From the human T2T-CHM13v2.0 reference genome, Homo sapiens: a DNA stretch of 64,000 bases. The position numbers and the translations under genes were made by a program. The notes beneath the pieces are model-generated. The model did no database searches. It saw only the letters and a program-made list of their open reading frames with translations, and was not told the DNA's origin. The stretch lies in NCBI RefSeq assembly GCF_009914755.1, contig NC_060930.1; one strand, 5' to 3'. Positions 14,436 through 27,414 of this stretch are shown here, one piece after another. Numbering within the stretch: position 1 is the stretch's first letter; every line of letters starts with the position of its first letter.

Positions 14436-15464
14436 AAACAATACTTTCTCCAGATTGATACATTTAACTAGAGAGTTCTGTGTGGACTATATTTATCTTC
14501 TTTAGATCTTATTTGGTTTAATCTTTACCATATAAAAGGATTATAAAAATATAATCGTTAAAATATCTCAGTTCACTTTTAAAGTTAAAGAACAACTGGT
14601 GAACCAGGTTAGCCATCTTTTCCTCCTTATTCAAAAATCAGAGCCTTAAGAATACTACAAATATAGACCAAAAAAACCTAAGAATATCTTTAATGAAGTG
14701 ACTCATTATATGAGTACTATGCTTAATATTATCATAAATAATATTAATAGCATTTAGAAAAGAGGGCAAAAGACTACTTATTTTTCATAATTAATTATTG
14801 TTAAATATTTTGAATTAGCCATTGTAATTACATATTATACCAATTTATGAAATTCCCATTTTCTTTTTCTGACAGGCTCAAGTTTGCTGACATTTAAGGC
14901 ACTGAAAGTACCTCATCTTCTCATATGTACTCCCTCTTAGTAGGAGATCTTTTTAGGAAGCAGCTTTATTTATTATTAAAAGTTTGAATATTTTATAAAA
15001 CATTAATGACTTTGATAGCTCTAGGTATTCAATAAGATATTTTGCACTATTTGCACCCTGGGACAATCCTCTCAAAAAGTGAAATTTTATAAACCACATG
15101 GATAAAAGTACATAAATAAATGTGGCATTCTTATTTTTCTCAGATAACAGAAAGCAAAATTACCCTGTTCTAGCCTACATATTTGAACAGTAAGTAGAAT
15201 CATAATATCTTCAACAGCTTGGCCATCTGTTATTGTTCCAAAAAGCTTCAGGGAATAGTCTGTGTAATGGAATGTAAAACATTATCAACTGCTATGGTCT
15301 GAAACGTTGTGAAATAGAATCTGTAAAACTTTGTAGCCAGATAAACCAATTCAGAAAAATAAAAAGTGAGCATAGAACCAAAATTTGGGAAAAATAAAAG
15401 GTAGGTTTGTTTATATCTAAACTTAAGTATTTAAAATGAATATACTGATACTGACAGCCAGTGT

Positions 15465-15640
15465 TGGTTGAGTATTCATTAGGTACCAAGTACTATTCTA
15501 AGTGGTTTTCTTGAATGAGCTTTCTTAAGCCTCACAACAATTCTCTAGGGCATGTTACTATGCTTGTTTTATGAACTAGAAAATTGAGAAAAAGGGAGAT
15601 TAAATAATTTGCCCAAGACCAACAGTTAGAAATGGCAGGC
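15465..15640 (-). mobile_element. MIR
   Basis: MIR core: gcctcacaacaattct...gaaaattgag...gagattaaataatttgcccaagacc. Confidence 0.65.
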
Positions 15641-15644
15641 TAAG

Positions 15645-16135
15645 GACTTCTGAAAATCTATTTCAGCATAAAGGCAATGACCACTAGCAAAATTTGTCAG
15701 AATCAACTTTTGCAGAACTCTAGAAATTAATGAAAAAGAAATCTTTTTTTTAAGAAAAGTGACTAAATCTTGATAAGAATGTGAGCTTTGTGACGTTTTG
15801 AATTGTCCTATAGCAATTCTTCTCAGCTGCATGACAGACTTGAAAACCAGCAGCCTTGCAATCACAGTAGCTGTGAGAAAAAGCAACTTTGCAACCACCA
15901 AAGAGGGGGACACTGGGTTTGGAGCTCCTAAAAAAACTCGATTCCAAGAGCATTGCCACTATGTTAGCTGTTAGGAATCTCCCTGAAAAAGCACCCTTTC
16001 TAGGATTTGTCTTTACTCAAGCTGACTCCCTACTGTCCCCAGGAAAAGCCATATCAAAGAATCAGCAGCAATTATTAACCATTGCATCTTCCAGAGGCTG
16101 TGATGCTAATTGTGGCAAACAGGAAGCAAGATATA
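15645..16135 (+). mobile_element. Probable ancient L1M 5' region fragment
   Basis: aatcaacttttgcagaactctagaaattaa-type motif recalled from old L1M 5' ends. Confidence 0.35.
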
Positions 16136-16207
16136 GGGTTTTTTTTAATATATTCTAAATTTTCCCAACTTTCCTGTTTATCTTTGTCTCTTTCCTGCAC
16201 TCTAGCA

Positions 16208-16258
16208 TGCACATGTGTGCACGCACACACACACACACACACAAACACATGCACACAT
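16208..16258. repeat. (CA)n-rich microsatellite
   Basis: Read directly. Confidence 0.9.
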
Positions 16259-16744
16259 CACCTTCTTCCTTTAGCTGGAAAACTTGCATAGATCTACTCA
16301 TGCACATAAAAGGCCTCAGATATCACTAGTCCACTAGGTCCGCCAAGATGAATCTAGTCTGCTCCTAGCTGACACTCTGCTGCACCCATGTCACCATGTT
16401 CTTTGCATGGCATCACCTTATCTTGATATGTTTCAAAGAAATTCAAACCTACCACTGGCACCAGGGAAATGCTTTTATCTCTCTATCTCAACTGTCCTGA
16501 AAGTATGTGTGTGTAAAGAACTCCATACTGTAAACATATTATTACTGGGATCTGTTTTTTGAATGTATCATAGAGAACACATGATATATACAATATCTTG
16601 ACAAACGATACCATAAAATGATTCTCGTTTCTCATCATTACAAACATCAGCATGGCATGAGGTTAATAAAGGAATGACATCTGTATTATCTAAAATTAAG
16701 TCTACTAACTATATTTATAAGCTAAAAAGTCAGCCTGCCACAGT

Positions 16745-16750
16745 GATAGG

Positions 16751-16798
<48 letters not shown>

Positions 16799-16809
16799 GA
16801 TAGACAGAT

Positions 16810-16889
<80 letters not shown>
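16745..16889. repeat. (GATA)n tetranucleotide STR, about 145 bp with few interruptions
   Basis: Read directly. Confidence 0.97.
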
Positions 16890-17807
16890 GCTCTTCTGGT
16901 AATAAACACAAAGTGTCTAGATTAGAAAACAGATAGTTGAATATTCACAGAGCATCTTAGCACTGAGAAGGCTATGAGAGACTAATGTTATCCTGCACAG
17001 ACAGAGTTGAGTATACCACCATGGACTCACAAACTATGACACTTGGAGTTTGGCTGGCACATTGACCCATCCTTTCCTCAGGTGAGGGAGAGTCTTTTAT
17101 TTTGCGATGTTAGCAAATGTTTACAGGGGAGACGTCTCTAAACCTCTCTGAAGCAACCTACTATCTCTATCTTCCAAGATACATTTGCTATTCAACCCTA
17201 CTTTAACCAAGTTTGCCAGTGGTCTTTCCTCAAAAAGATTGGACTGTGTGGTAATCTGAAAATATTTCATGGAGAATTGCCTCTCAATAATCAAATCCAG
17301 GGATTGACACCAACCTAGTGACTTTCCCTGATTTACTCTACAGCTTTTGGTATTGAATAATGAAAGGTTGAGGGATGAATACAAAGGAAGCTTCTTATCC
17401 CACAGGAAAAAATTAAAATGCTTTATTTGCCAATATTGACATTTTCATTAAACAAATGAATGACATTCATAATTATTACCTTAATTAAAACTATCAGAAC
17501 TTTTGAGAGTATTCATTTACGGACAGTAAGAAGGTACTCAATTGTATTTTCAGATTATAGTACTCTACTTGAAAATAAGTTATTTTAACATTTTAGCCCC
17601 ATATATTTTCTTGAAAAGGCACAACAAAAATGATCACATCAGCAGAGATTATTTCTTTCATCATTAAAGAGGCAATACATTATTACAGTGTATAAATTCT
17701 ACTCAGACAAGGCTATTTCATTTAATCCTCACTAACCCCTCCCTACTCTCCAGGAAGACAAAATATTACATAAATACAATGAACTTTATTTACCTTAATA
17801 TAGTAAA

Positions 17808-19192
17808 AACATACCATAATCTCTGGGACACAGCTAAAGTAGTGTTTAGAGTGAAATTTATAGGACTAAATGCCCACAGGAGAAAGCAAGAAAGATGTAA
17901 AATCGACACCGTAACATCACAATTAAAAGAACTAGAGAAGCATGAGCAAACAAGTTCAAAAGCTAGCATAAGACAAGAAATAACTAAGATCAGAGCAGAA
18001 CTGAAGAAGACAGAGACATGAAAAACCCTTCAAAAAATCAATTAATACAGGAGCTGATTTTTTGAAAAGATTAACAAAATAGATAGACCACTAGCCAGAC
18101 TAATAAAGAAGAGAGAAGAATCAAATAGACACAATAAAAAATGATAAAGGGGATATCTCCACTCATCCCATAAAAATACAAACTACTATCAGAGAATACT
18201 ATAAACACCTCTATGCAAATAAACTAGAAAATCTAGAAGAAATTGATAAATTCCTGGACACATACACCCTCCCAAGACTAAACCAGGAAGAAGTTGAATC
18301 CCTGAATAGATCGATTACAGGTTCTGAAATTAAGGCAGTAATTAATAGCTTACCAATCAAAAAAAGCCTAGGACCAGATGGATTCACAGCTGAATTCTAC
18401 TAGAGGTACAAAGAAGAGCTGGTACCATTCTTTATGAAACTATTCCAAACAATAGAAAAAGAGGGACTTCTTCCTAACTCATTTTCAGAGACCAGCATCA
18501 TCCTGATACCAAAACCTGGCAGAAAAACAACAAAAAAAGAAAATTTCAGGCCAATATTCCTGATGAACATCAATACAAAAATCCTCAACATAATACTGGC
18601 AAACCAAATCCAGCAGCATATCAAAAAGCTTATCCACCACCATCAAGTCGGCTTCATCCCTGGGATGCAAGGCTGGTTCAACACACGCAAATCAATAAAC
18701 GTAATCAATCACATAAACAGAACCAATGACAAAAAACACATGATTCTCTCAGTAGATGCAAAAAAAGGCCCTCGATATAACTCAACACCCCTTCATGCTA
18801 AAAACTCTCAGTAAACTAGGTATTGATGGAACATATCTCAAAATAATAAGAGCCATTTATGACAAACCCACAGCCAATATCATATTGCATGGGCAAAAGC
18901 TGGAAGTATTCCCTTTGAAAACCAGCACAAGACAAGGATGCCCTGTCTCACCACTCCTATCCAACATAGTATTGGAAGTTCTGGCCAGGGCAATCGAGCA
19001 AGAGAAAGATATAAAGCGTACTCAGACAGGAAGAGAGAAAGCCAAATTGTCTCTGTTTGCAGATGACATGATTGAATATTTAGAAAACCCCATTGTCTCA
19101 TCCCAAAATGTCCTTAAGCTGATAAGCAACTTCAGTAAATCTCAGGATACAAAATCAATGTGCAAAAATCACAAGCATTCCTATACACCAAT
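17808..19192 (+). mobile_element. Internal L1PA ORF2 fragment (about aa 281-745, includes RT FADD), truncated at both ends
   Basis: Peptides [10 protein letters not shown]..., [17 protein letters not shown]..., [17 protein letters not shown]; several stops and frameshifts; no poly(A) or TSD. Confidence 0.95.
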
Positions 19193-19538
19193 TATGGCCA
19201 AACCAGCTAAACCAAGCTGTGAGCTATAGCACACAGAACTATAGAGACAGCTAGGAAACTGGTATAAACCTGTGTCTCTCCAACAGTTTCAGCAACACAA
19301 TTGTTGAATGAAAATAAAAATGCACTTTCTTCTAAACTTTTTATTGATATACCTGATCACAATTCCTTTCACTTAGAAGAAACAACTTTATTTTAAATAA
19401 TGACATTTACATATGAAACAAGAAAATTAAATTATCTTTTATGTGAGGTCATCTTAATTTTCTTTTGATATATATTTTTTGACATACATTATTTCTGCCA
19501 ATTTTGTCTTTACAAGCATTCTGTAAGGAAGATGCTCT

Positions 19539-21153
19539 TCTCATAGGATCCTTCAGGTGTCGCTTTTCTGTCCAGAAACCTCTGTGGTCGGTGGTGCCTT
19601 TGTCTGAATTTTGCTTTGGCCCACTGTGCTTGATGTGCCCACTCGGCCTGGCAGCCTGAACTCAGCTTGCGTGACAAACCTGGATCCCATGCCTGCCAAG
19701 GGTGAGCCAGGCACAGAGCGGTGAGGATTGTGTGAATGAGCAAGCATGGGGTCCAGCCACTGCCCACAGCCAGGCACTCTGGCTGCAGCAGGGTGGGCAG
19801 TGCCAGGCACCAGCTCCCTGCAAGGCTGTGGCTGGATGAGGCACACTGCAAGTAGCTTCCATGGCTGGCACCAGGGAATGTGGTGGCACCCAGAAACTTG
19901 GAGATGCCAGGAACCACAGAACCCCAAAAAGGGCATCACAGCCCTGGCTCAGGGTGCTCCCAGGTCTGGGTTGTCTGAAGGGCTGAAACTCTTCTCTCCT
20001 TCTTTCTTATCTTTTTCTTGTTGCCTGCCATGTGGCAAGCAGGGGGTGTATTTCAGCCCTGTTTGTGTTACATCTCTTTCAGCCCCACCATTCGGCAGGT
20101 CCCAAGTTCTTGTACTGCATCCAGGAAGAATGAGTTATGCAGACAAGTAGAGGGTGAGCAAGGTGAAGAGGTACTTTATTGAGCAACAGAACAGCTCAGA
20201 GGAGACCCACAGTGGTTAGCTCCTCTCCATAGGCAGGTCATCCCAATATCTGTTCAGCTGTCAGCAGAAAGGAGACCCACAGTGGGTAGCTCCTTTCTGC
20301 AGGCTGATTGTCCCGTTGTCCACTCAGCTCTCAGGAGACAGGAGACCCACAATGGGTAGTTCCTTTCTGTAGGCAGGCCATCCCATCATCTGCTCAAGTC
20401 TGGCTGAGTCCAAGATTTTTATGGGCTTAAGAGGGGAGAAAGTAGGTGCTGATCGGCCCGTGAGCAGTCATGGGAGGCCCCAGAGCAAGCTCCATTAAGT
20501 TCTCACTCCATGGCAGCCCTCCGGCAGGCTTCAGGCCGTCCCTGGCCTGAAGATGGGGCTTTACTGGGGATCTGCTCCTTTCTGCCCAGGAGCCTGTTTG
20601 CATCCTACCACCATTAACCTGCTCTCCATGGTGCCTATGGTGCCCTGGCTCTTTGTGCCAAGTGGTGCCTGCAAGACTGCGCTGAGCCACCCTTAGCCCC
20701 CACCTCACCCTCCCTCCCATGTTTGTGAGCACCCAAAATCTGGAGGAGGCTGAGGTGATAGGGGGCTGGTGTTTCAGTGCTGCCCCAAGCGTGCACACAC
20801 CCAGCCGAGTCGTGACAGCCCCCAGGCTTGGCCACAACTTTGCTCTGAAATTGGAGTGGGCACTGGGAATGGGCAGAGGTCAGGCAGCGAGAGCAGGCAC
20901 TTTTGAGCCTGAAGGGGCAAGGGTGTTTCCTGGGGCCCTGAGAGTGCAGTGATGCCTGAGTCCACAGCTGGCTGCTCTGCCACAGCTGCCCCTGGGAGGG
21001 CAGGGCTCCAGCTCCTCCAACTTGGAAGGGGGCATGGCTTCCACCTGTTCCCGGCTCCCACCAGTTCTATGGAGCACTCAGCCCTGGCTGTGCCTCCCCC
21101 ATTGTAGCCAGTGTCATGCAGCGGCCACTCAAGGTGGGCCGCCGCTGCCATCA
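19539..21153 (-). mobile_element. MER52-family (ERV1) solo LTR, about 1.6 kb and GC-rich, same orientation as THEMIS
   Basis: Minus strand begins TGATGGCAGCGGCGGCCC and ends AAAAGCGACACC..AAGGATCCT; internal 70-bp repeats; AATAAA on minus strand at 20175-20180. Confidence 0.8.
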
Positions 21154-22714
21154 GTATTGCTCTGTCAATGATAGAAACAGTAAACATGGTATTCACGTAA
21201 GGAAATAAAGCACAGTGAAGTTGAAAAAGATACTCTTAAATAGCTTTTACAGCAGGCATCATGGGACCATAAGTACCCGTGTTCTGTTGGCAAGAGACCA
21301 GAGAGACAGGACGGCCAAGACACTGTAAACCTTGGAACTTTGGGTGAGTTTTCTCAGCTATAAAATGGTGATAATGATACCTATCTCACAGGGTTCTGTT
21401 ACATGGGTCAAATAGAAATACAGAAAACCATTATGTTTTATTATTATAGTTTCTGGGAAAGAGATGATTTTAAAATTTTGTAATATGGTTTACCAATAAC
21501 CTGATGTTAGGAAAATTCTGAGAATCATCATTTGGGATTGTGTTTCTGGCCTTCAAAATGCTCCTCATTTTTAACCATTCCCTGAAAAACTCATGTTGCC
21601 AATCAAATCTGAATTACTGCCTGCCTATACAGGCCACTCTCCCCAAAACAGACTGCCTTTTAACCATGATTCGAGATTTAGTTTTCATAATAGGAAATAA
21701 CAGTTTTGCAGCATGGTCTGGCAGAGCTTTAAAGAACAGCTTCAATCAGGCTGAGATGTGCTTTTACTAACCATATTTCCTGTAGCTGCACAGACAATGA
21801 GAAAGCACTTCTGTGAGCAGAACCAATTATAAGTGAACAGGTACACTTTTTCCCAAGCCTGGTCATGATGTCAAATGCTTGATTAGAAAAGTCTTGTGCT
21901 TTTAGCTAAATGGGGGTAGATTTCTTTCCATTTGCAAAAACAAGCCATTTCCACCTTTCATTCCACAGCCTCTCAACATCTAAATTCTCATTTCTCAACG
22001 GCAAATAGAGTCACAAATGTAACCCCTTGAAATAAGGGAAACAATATTGTGATATTTGTTCGAAAACAAATTGAGTTAGTTTCAGGAAGGAATAGTCTGC
22101 ACTATTGCACAGAATCAAAAGCATTGTGTGATCCTGGAGAGAACAGGGACAAGCTACAAGCAGACAATGGGTCCCAGTTGAGGAAACATTGGGACGGATT
22201 TGGCAGCCATGAAGAGGAATCTCAACAAGAGTGACAAATAAGGGAAAACTTTAAGATCAAATGGATTAAAAAGCTGGTGGGGAACCTCCATGTGCATATC
22301 TGATAGAATGACACAACCACAGTAAATCAGGTTTTGGAAGTGCAGGACTGAAGTGGAGGAGTTGTGATTCTGAACAGAGGCAGTTCCTGGGAAAATCCTC
22401 CCAGAGAAGGTAAGAAAAGATAAAAACAGGAACCAAGTTTCTACTACATGCAGGATTAAGAAGAGAAAGCAGGCCCCATGAAATCAAGCATTACAGACAA
22501 GGACTTCTATTTGGGTGCCAAGGACAAAGAAACAGGGAATGCACCAAGAAGACTACCATCCCTCAAAATACCGCAGGCTCACTTGGGGTCTTTCCTGTTT
22601 CCTGTCTTTAAAATTTTTCAGCTATAGCAAAGCAACCTGTAGATATTTCAAGGAACTCAACTGAATTTTTTTGTTTAAAATGTATTATTCAACACTTAAC
22701 TGGCCAGTGCATAA

Positions 22715-22875
22715 GTACAGAATCACAGATTGATAGAATATTTAACTAGAAGAAATAGTACTGATCATTTACTCTAACCTCATTTTATAAGCAAGGACAC
22801 TAAGATTATCCCAGACCACAGAGCAAACTATTTACAGAGCCAGGGCGAGAACCATATTCTCCAAATTTCCAGATA
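22715..22875 (-). mobile_element. MIR fragment (another probable fragment at about 21310-21420)
   Basis: ctcattttataagcaaggacactaag...cccagaccacagagc core. Confidence 0.5.
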
Positions 22876-23124
22876 AAGTTGTTGTTGGCTTTCCCACTAT
22901 AGTTATCTAACTCCAGATTAAACTTTCAACATTTTCCCCCAAAAAAGCATCGTATTTAAAGCCTAAAAGAAGATCATTCTGTTAATAACAGAACCCAGGT
23001 AGAAATAAGCTAAATTTTAAGTCAGAATTGGAGAAGTTATAAAATGAAGATTACTTAATGAGAGTAAGAGGGAAAATGCAACCAGAAAGAAACACTTTTG
23101 GCTTTGCACTTAAAGCAGATGTAG

Positions 23125-23810
23125 AATTAACCATTTCTTATTATCTCCATTGCTATCTTCCTAGCCCATAGCAATATTAAGACGGCAATGTTCTTCTAAC
23201 TGGACTTTCTGTTTCCATTCTTGCTCCACTAGTGTCTAACCTCAACACAAAAGCCAAAATGAGCCCTTTAAGATGTAAGTCAGTTTATGTCATTTCTCCA
23301 CTCAATTCTCTAATTGTTTCATCTTTCATGAAAAATTAAGCCAAGATTACTACAACAACCTCAAGGACCTACACAATCTGCTTCCCAAATTTCCTCTCTG
23401 ATGTCATCTCCTTTTATCAGTTTCAGTCGCAATATTTCAGCCTTCTGACCTGCTGGTTGAATCATTTTTATTTAATACAGGGTCTTAGTATGTTGTCCAT
23501 GCTGGTCTTCTACTTCAGCACCCTGAGTAGCTGGGACTGTGCCACTATGCCTGTCTCTGCCTGTCTTGAACACATTAGACACAGTCCTGCCTTAATGTGT
23601 TTATTATCTCTTTCCTCTGTCTGGAACATTTCCTCTCACTATGCACATCTCATCTTACCAATTCATGTCTTTGTACAAATGTCATCTTCTCAGTAAGGTA
23701 CACCTTGATATTCTTTCAAAAATTATTCTACACCCCTTAAACTCTTAGTCCTTACCTCTTGCTCTATTTTTATAGCACTCTTAATGCTCTAACATTTACC
23801 TGATCATTTA
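23125..23810 (+). mobile_element. L2 3' region fragment, with a short degenerate Alu-like piece at about 23470-23555
   Basis: L2 motifs: atgtaagtcagtttatgtcatttctccactcaa, cctctgtctggaacatt, aaatgtcatcttctcagtaagg. Confidence 0.6.
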
Positions 23811-24285
23811 GCTGTATCATTTACTTCCAAGACAAAGTAAACATTAAGAGGAGTATCAGACCATTTACGGAGGTGTTTTATTACTGATGAAAATGTAACA
23901 CAAAAAAACAGTATGTAAAATATAATAACCAACAGATATTTGCAGAAAGAAAGACTTGACGGAAAGCAGATGTTCATCATGTTAAAATACATAATCTTTG
24001 GTTTTATTCAGATGTGAGAATATAAATTCTGTACCATAGACAGTTCCATAGCATTGAAAGTTCCTAATGCTCAAGGAGATGACCTGATATCTCCCACGAG
24101 TTTATAGATATGTCAGAAGTACACCAGAAATTGTTAGAAACATACACATGGCTTTCATGAGAAGATTTAGCTAAATAGAATAGAAAACCATTTGCCAAGA
24201 TCGGAAAACCAAGTATCATAAAAATTCAAATTCTCCCAAATTAATATGCTTAATATAATTGCAATCAAAAATCTCACCAGATTTG

Positions 24286-24589
24286 TATTATTATTATTAT
24301 TATTTTTTGAGATGGAGTCTTGCTCTGTCACCCAGGCTGGAGTGCAGTGGCACGATCTCGGCTCACTGCAAGCTCTGCCTCATGGGTTCATGCCATTCTC
24401 CTGCCTCAGCCTCCTGAGTCGCTGAGACTACAGGTGCCTGCCACCACACCCGGCTAATTTTTTGTATTTTTAGTAAAGATGGGGTTTCACCTTGTTAGCC
24501 AGGACGGTCTCGATCTCCTGACCTCGTGATCTGCCCGCCTCGGCCTCCCAAAGTGCTGGGATTACAGGCGTGAGCCACCGCGCCCGGCC
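24286..24589 (-). mobile_element. AluY with (TAA)n-derived tail
   Basis: Full dimer with AluY-type gcaagctc, ccattctc and gttagccagga; degraded TSD accaga(tt/ct)t. Confidence 0.95.
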
Positions 24590-24710
24590 ACCAGACTTTT
24601 TTTAGAAGTTAATAAAGTGTTTTACAGGCTCATTTGAAAGTACAGGAAGCTGAGAATCTAAGTAATTACTGATAAGAAAAAGATTAATACTAAGAAGAAG
24701 AAGAAAAAAA

Positions 24711-24771
24711 TTAAGTTGGTGCAAAAGTAATTGCAGTTCTTGACACTGAAATTGCTTTTGCGCCAACCTAA
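24711..24771. mobile_element. MADE1 (Hsmar1-derived MITE), internally deleted
   Basis: ttaagttggtgcaaaagtaattgc ... aattgcttttgcgccaacctaa are the mariner terminal inverted repeats, followed by TA. Confidence 0.9.
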
Positions 24772-27310
24772 TACATATCCATATTAGGAAGTACTAGAAA
24801 GTCCTACATTGTAAGTAACTGATACTGGTTTAAGACAATTAGGTAAATCAAAGACACAGAGTAAAAAGTTGAGAAACTGCTTCCAGAAAAGACAGGTAAA
24901 GGATTGTTTAGTCAATATGTGGTACTGGGGAAATACACTAACCATTTGTGAAAATAGTTTGATCCTCACTCCATACTATATGCAAAATAAATTTTTTCAC
25001 AGATTAAAAAGTTAAATAAGAAAATAAAAATTTAGAATACATTATAGTGGATCTGATTTCAAGGCAAGTTAACCTTTCTAAGATTAAAAGTATAGAACTA
25101 AATATGAGAATGAGCATTTTAATGCATTTGATTTATTATTATTATGATCATTATTAAGCAAAAAACTAATGTGGGTTGATCCTGGGTAGAAAAGCATTGA
25201 TTTTGTGAGATGAAAAACCTTGAAGTGGGTTAAGGTTTAGAGTTAAGGGCCATCAGAAATTAGGGATTAGAACTTTTACTTCCTGTTCCTAGCCATTATC
25301 ACCAAACCTTCAGCAAATTTATGTTCACCTACAAGTGCGTTTTTAGTGGTTCCTTAAAAAATAAAAAAGGACAAATTTAATTGATAGCTTGAGGCACTAA
25401 AGACCAGATCAACCTTATGCAGTCGGAATGCCTGTATTGAAGTGATCCAAGGTGATTGAAAACTAAAGAAGAGTGATGAGCAAGAAAGCAAAGGAGACAA
25501 AAGGAGAAAACATAAAGATCCCACATAACTTTTTGGAAATAATGGAGGAAGCATTGCCAAAACTATATGAAATTGAGAGCTTATTTGATTTTACTTAGAT
25601 ATTAAAGCAAAATTTGACATTCAAAGAATGACTGGAGATAATTGCATTGCACATACGTACACAGAAACACTAATATGTATAGACACGCACACATAAATAC
25701 ATGGGTATATACAGTATATACCCATGTTTGGTATGCAGAACACATATACATGCATACTCATCAGCAATTTATTGAGTAAGCTGAACTTTATAGTGTCTAC
25801 ACAAGAGCCACCTTGATTCTCACTGTTTTATATCCCTTCAAATCTCTGTGAACTAGTGGTTATTCTAACTCTGCATAAAATCATGGGGAAATCCCATAGT
25901 CTTTAGTGAGTACATGGTTCATAAAAATCCACTTGACTCCAGCTCAGTTTAGCATACTAACAAAGCTCAGAATCCTTCTCTAAGTCAAGGCTTCTTCCTG
26001 CTGTAGCTTAATCCCACTTGAGTTTTTTAAGTCTACAGAAGAGAAGCAAGTATGTTTGGCTGCTTAATGATGTGCTCTCTTCAACTCCTGCATCCGTGCA
26101 CTAACCTTTCTTTTTTGACTTCTCCAGCTTAGGGCCTTGGGAGAAAGTGGAATAAGAAGAAAGGATATACACTCTTGAATCACTAATATCTTTATAATGT
26201 TGAAATGGCAGGAGTCAAAAACTAACCCTTTTTTTCATAGGTCACTTCTTCAGACTAATGGGAAACCATCCCATTGAGAACCACACAAGTTTCTTTGACT
26301 AAGGCTAAGAATGTACCACTACCACCCTCAGTGCTTCTACTCCAGGAAATATATGCACTAGTCAAGGTCCCTTTCAATCTCTCAAGTTCACACCTTGTCT
26401 TCAGAGAACCCACACCTTCATTCTGCTATTGACATAAGTGCAGTTTTCTTTCAAAATAACTTACCCCAGGCAAAGGGAAGCTCTAGTCACAGCCTCTTAC
26501 CTTTAGATTTTGCAGATATGGGTCAAAGGCCAGCTCCTATTTTCTTCCAACTCCTACAGCTCATTGGCAAGACCTCCAAATGGATCACCTGAAGATCCCA
26601 TCACATAACTTGAAGTGAGGGAGAAGAACCCAACATCTCTTACCCATAATGCCAGGGACTAAAAATTCACAGGATATGGTTAACAACCATCTGTAAAACA
26701 ATCTTCTCTCTTTATTTTGCTAACTTCTCAATGTTTCTCTAATTTATCTGAGGTGAAAGAAAAGCACTTAAAGAACACTTGCTCCTTGCTTCCAAGATGG
26801 GAGACTAGCTAATACTGCTGGCATCAATTATAGGACCTTCACCTTCCAAGTCCTGCATACACAGTTCTGCAGCTCACTTTAAAATGTGGGGGTTCACAGG
26901 CATTTTGTTCTCAGGCTTTGGTTTCTCATGCTTTGGGTTCCCAGGATGAAGAGTCAGTGAAACAATCTGTTAGACTACACACATGTGTACATACGCATAT
27001 GTGTTCATACGTCACTTTATCACAGACACAGATGAATACAGAATCATGCACGTATGTGTGTCTGAGTCTATATGTGTATGAATAACGGAAATATAATATT
27101 GACAGTACAAAATATTAATATGATGAAAGTGCTCCTGATTTTATTTTCCTCTTTCATTTTTCTCTTTTCTAAAATAGCGTGCCTTACTCTTAAAACCACA
27201 AGTGTATATTTATATGCAAACACATAACAGTGGATCTTATTTTAAAGTTGTGATATTAGTTCAAAAAAATAAAAGATCACTGAAAATGACTAAGTAGTTA
27301 AGAAACAGAA

Positions 27311-27403
27311 TTTTTTTTTTCTTTTATTATTATACTTTAAGTTTTAGGGTACATGTGCACATTGTGCAGGTTAGTTACATATGTATACATGTGCCACGCT
27401 GGT
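27311..27403 (-). mobile_element. Young L1 (L1PA2-like) 3' terminal fragment, 93 bp, no TSD
   Basis: Minus strand: accagcgtggcacatgtatacatatgtaactaacctgcacaatgtgcacatgtaccctaaaacttaaagtataat plus poly(A). Confidence 0.92.
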
Positions 27404-27414
27404 CTAAATAAAGG

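Larger units (their letters stand above)
24110..25120 (+). mobile_element. Ancient L1M ORF2 fragment interrupted by an AluY and a MADE1
   Basis: attctcccaaattaatat..., gtaactgatactggt, tggtactgggg...actatatgcaaaataaat...gattaaaaagttaaat. Confidence 0.5.

Noticed and set aside
16705-16911. Repetitive (YLSI)n ORF
   Set aside because: It is the translation of the GATA microsatellite.
20201-20400. Regularly spaced repeats resembling a CRISPR array (also 36317-36400)
   Set aside because: They are tandem repeats without unique spacers, in a primate intron with no cas genes.
19510-21196. Cluster of overlapping 65-140 aa ORFs, or a CpG-island promoter
   Set aside because: Explained by the GC-rich MER52 LTR; CpGs are largely depleted.
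21500-22300. Possible T-cell enhancer with ETS-like motifs (E-box/RUNX-like motifs at 36700-36950 and 41000-41200)
   Set aside because: Short motifs alone cannot be told from background without chromatin or conservation data.
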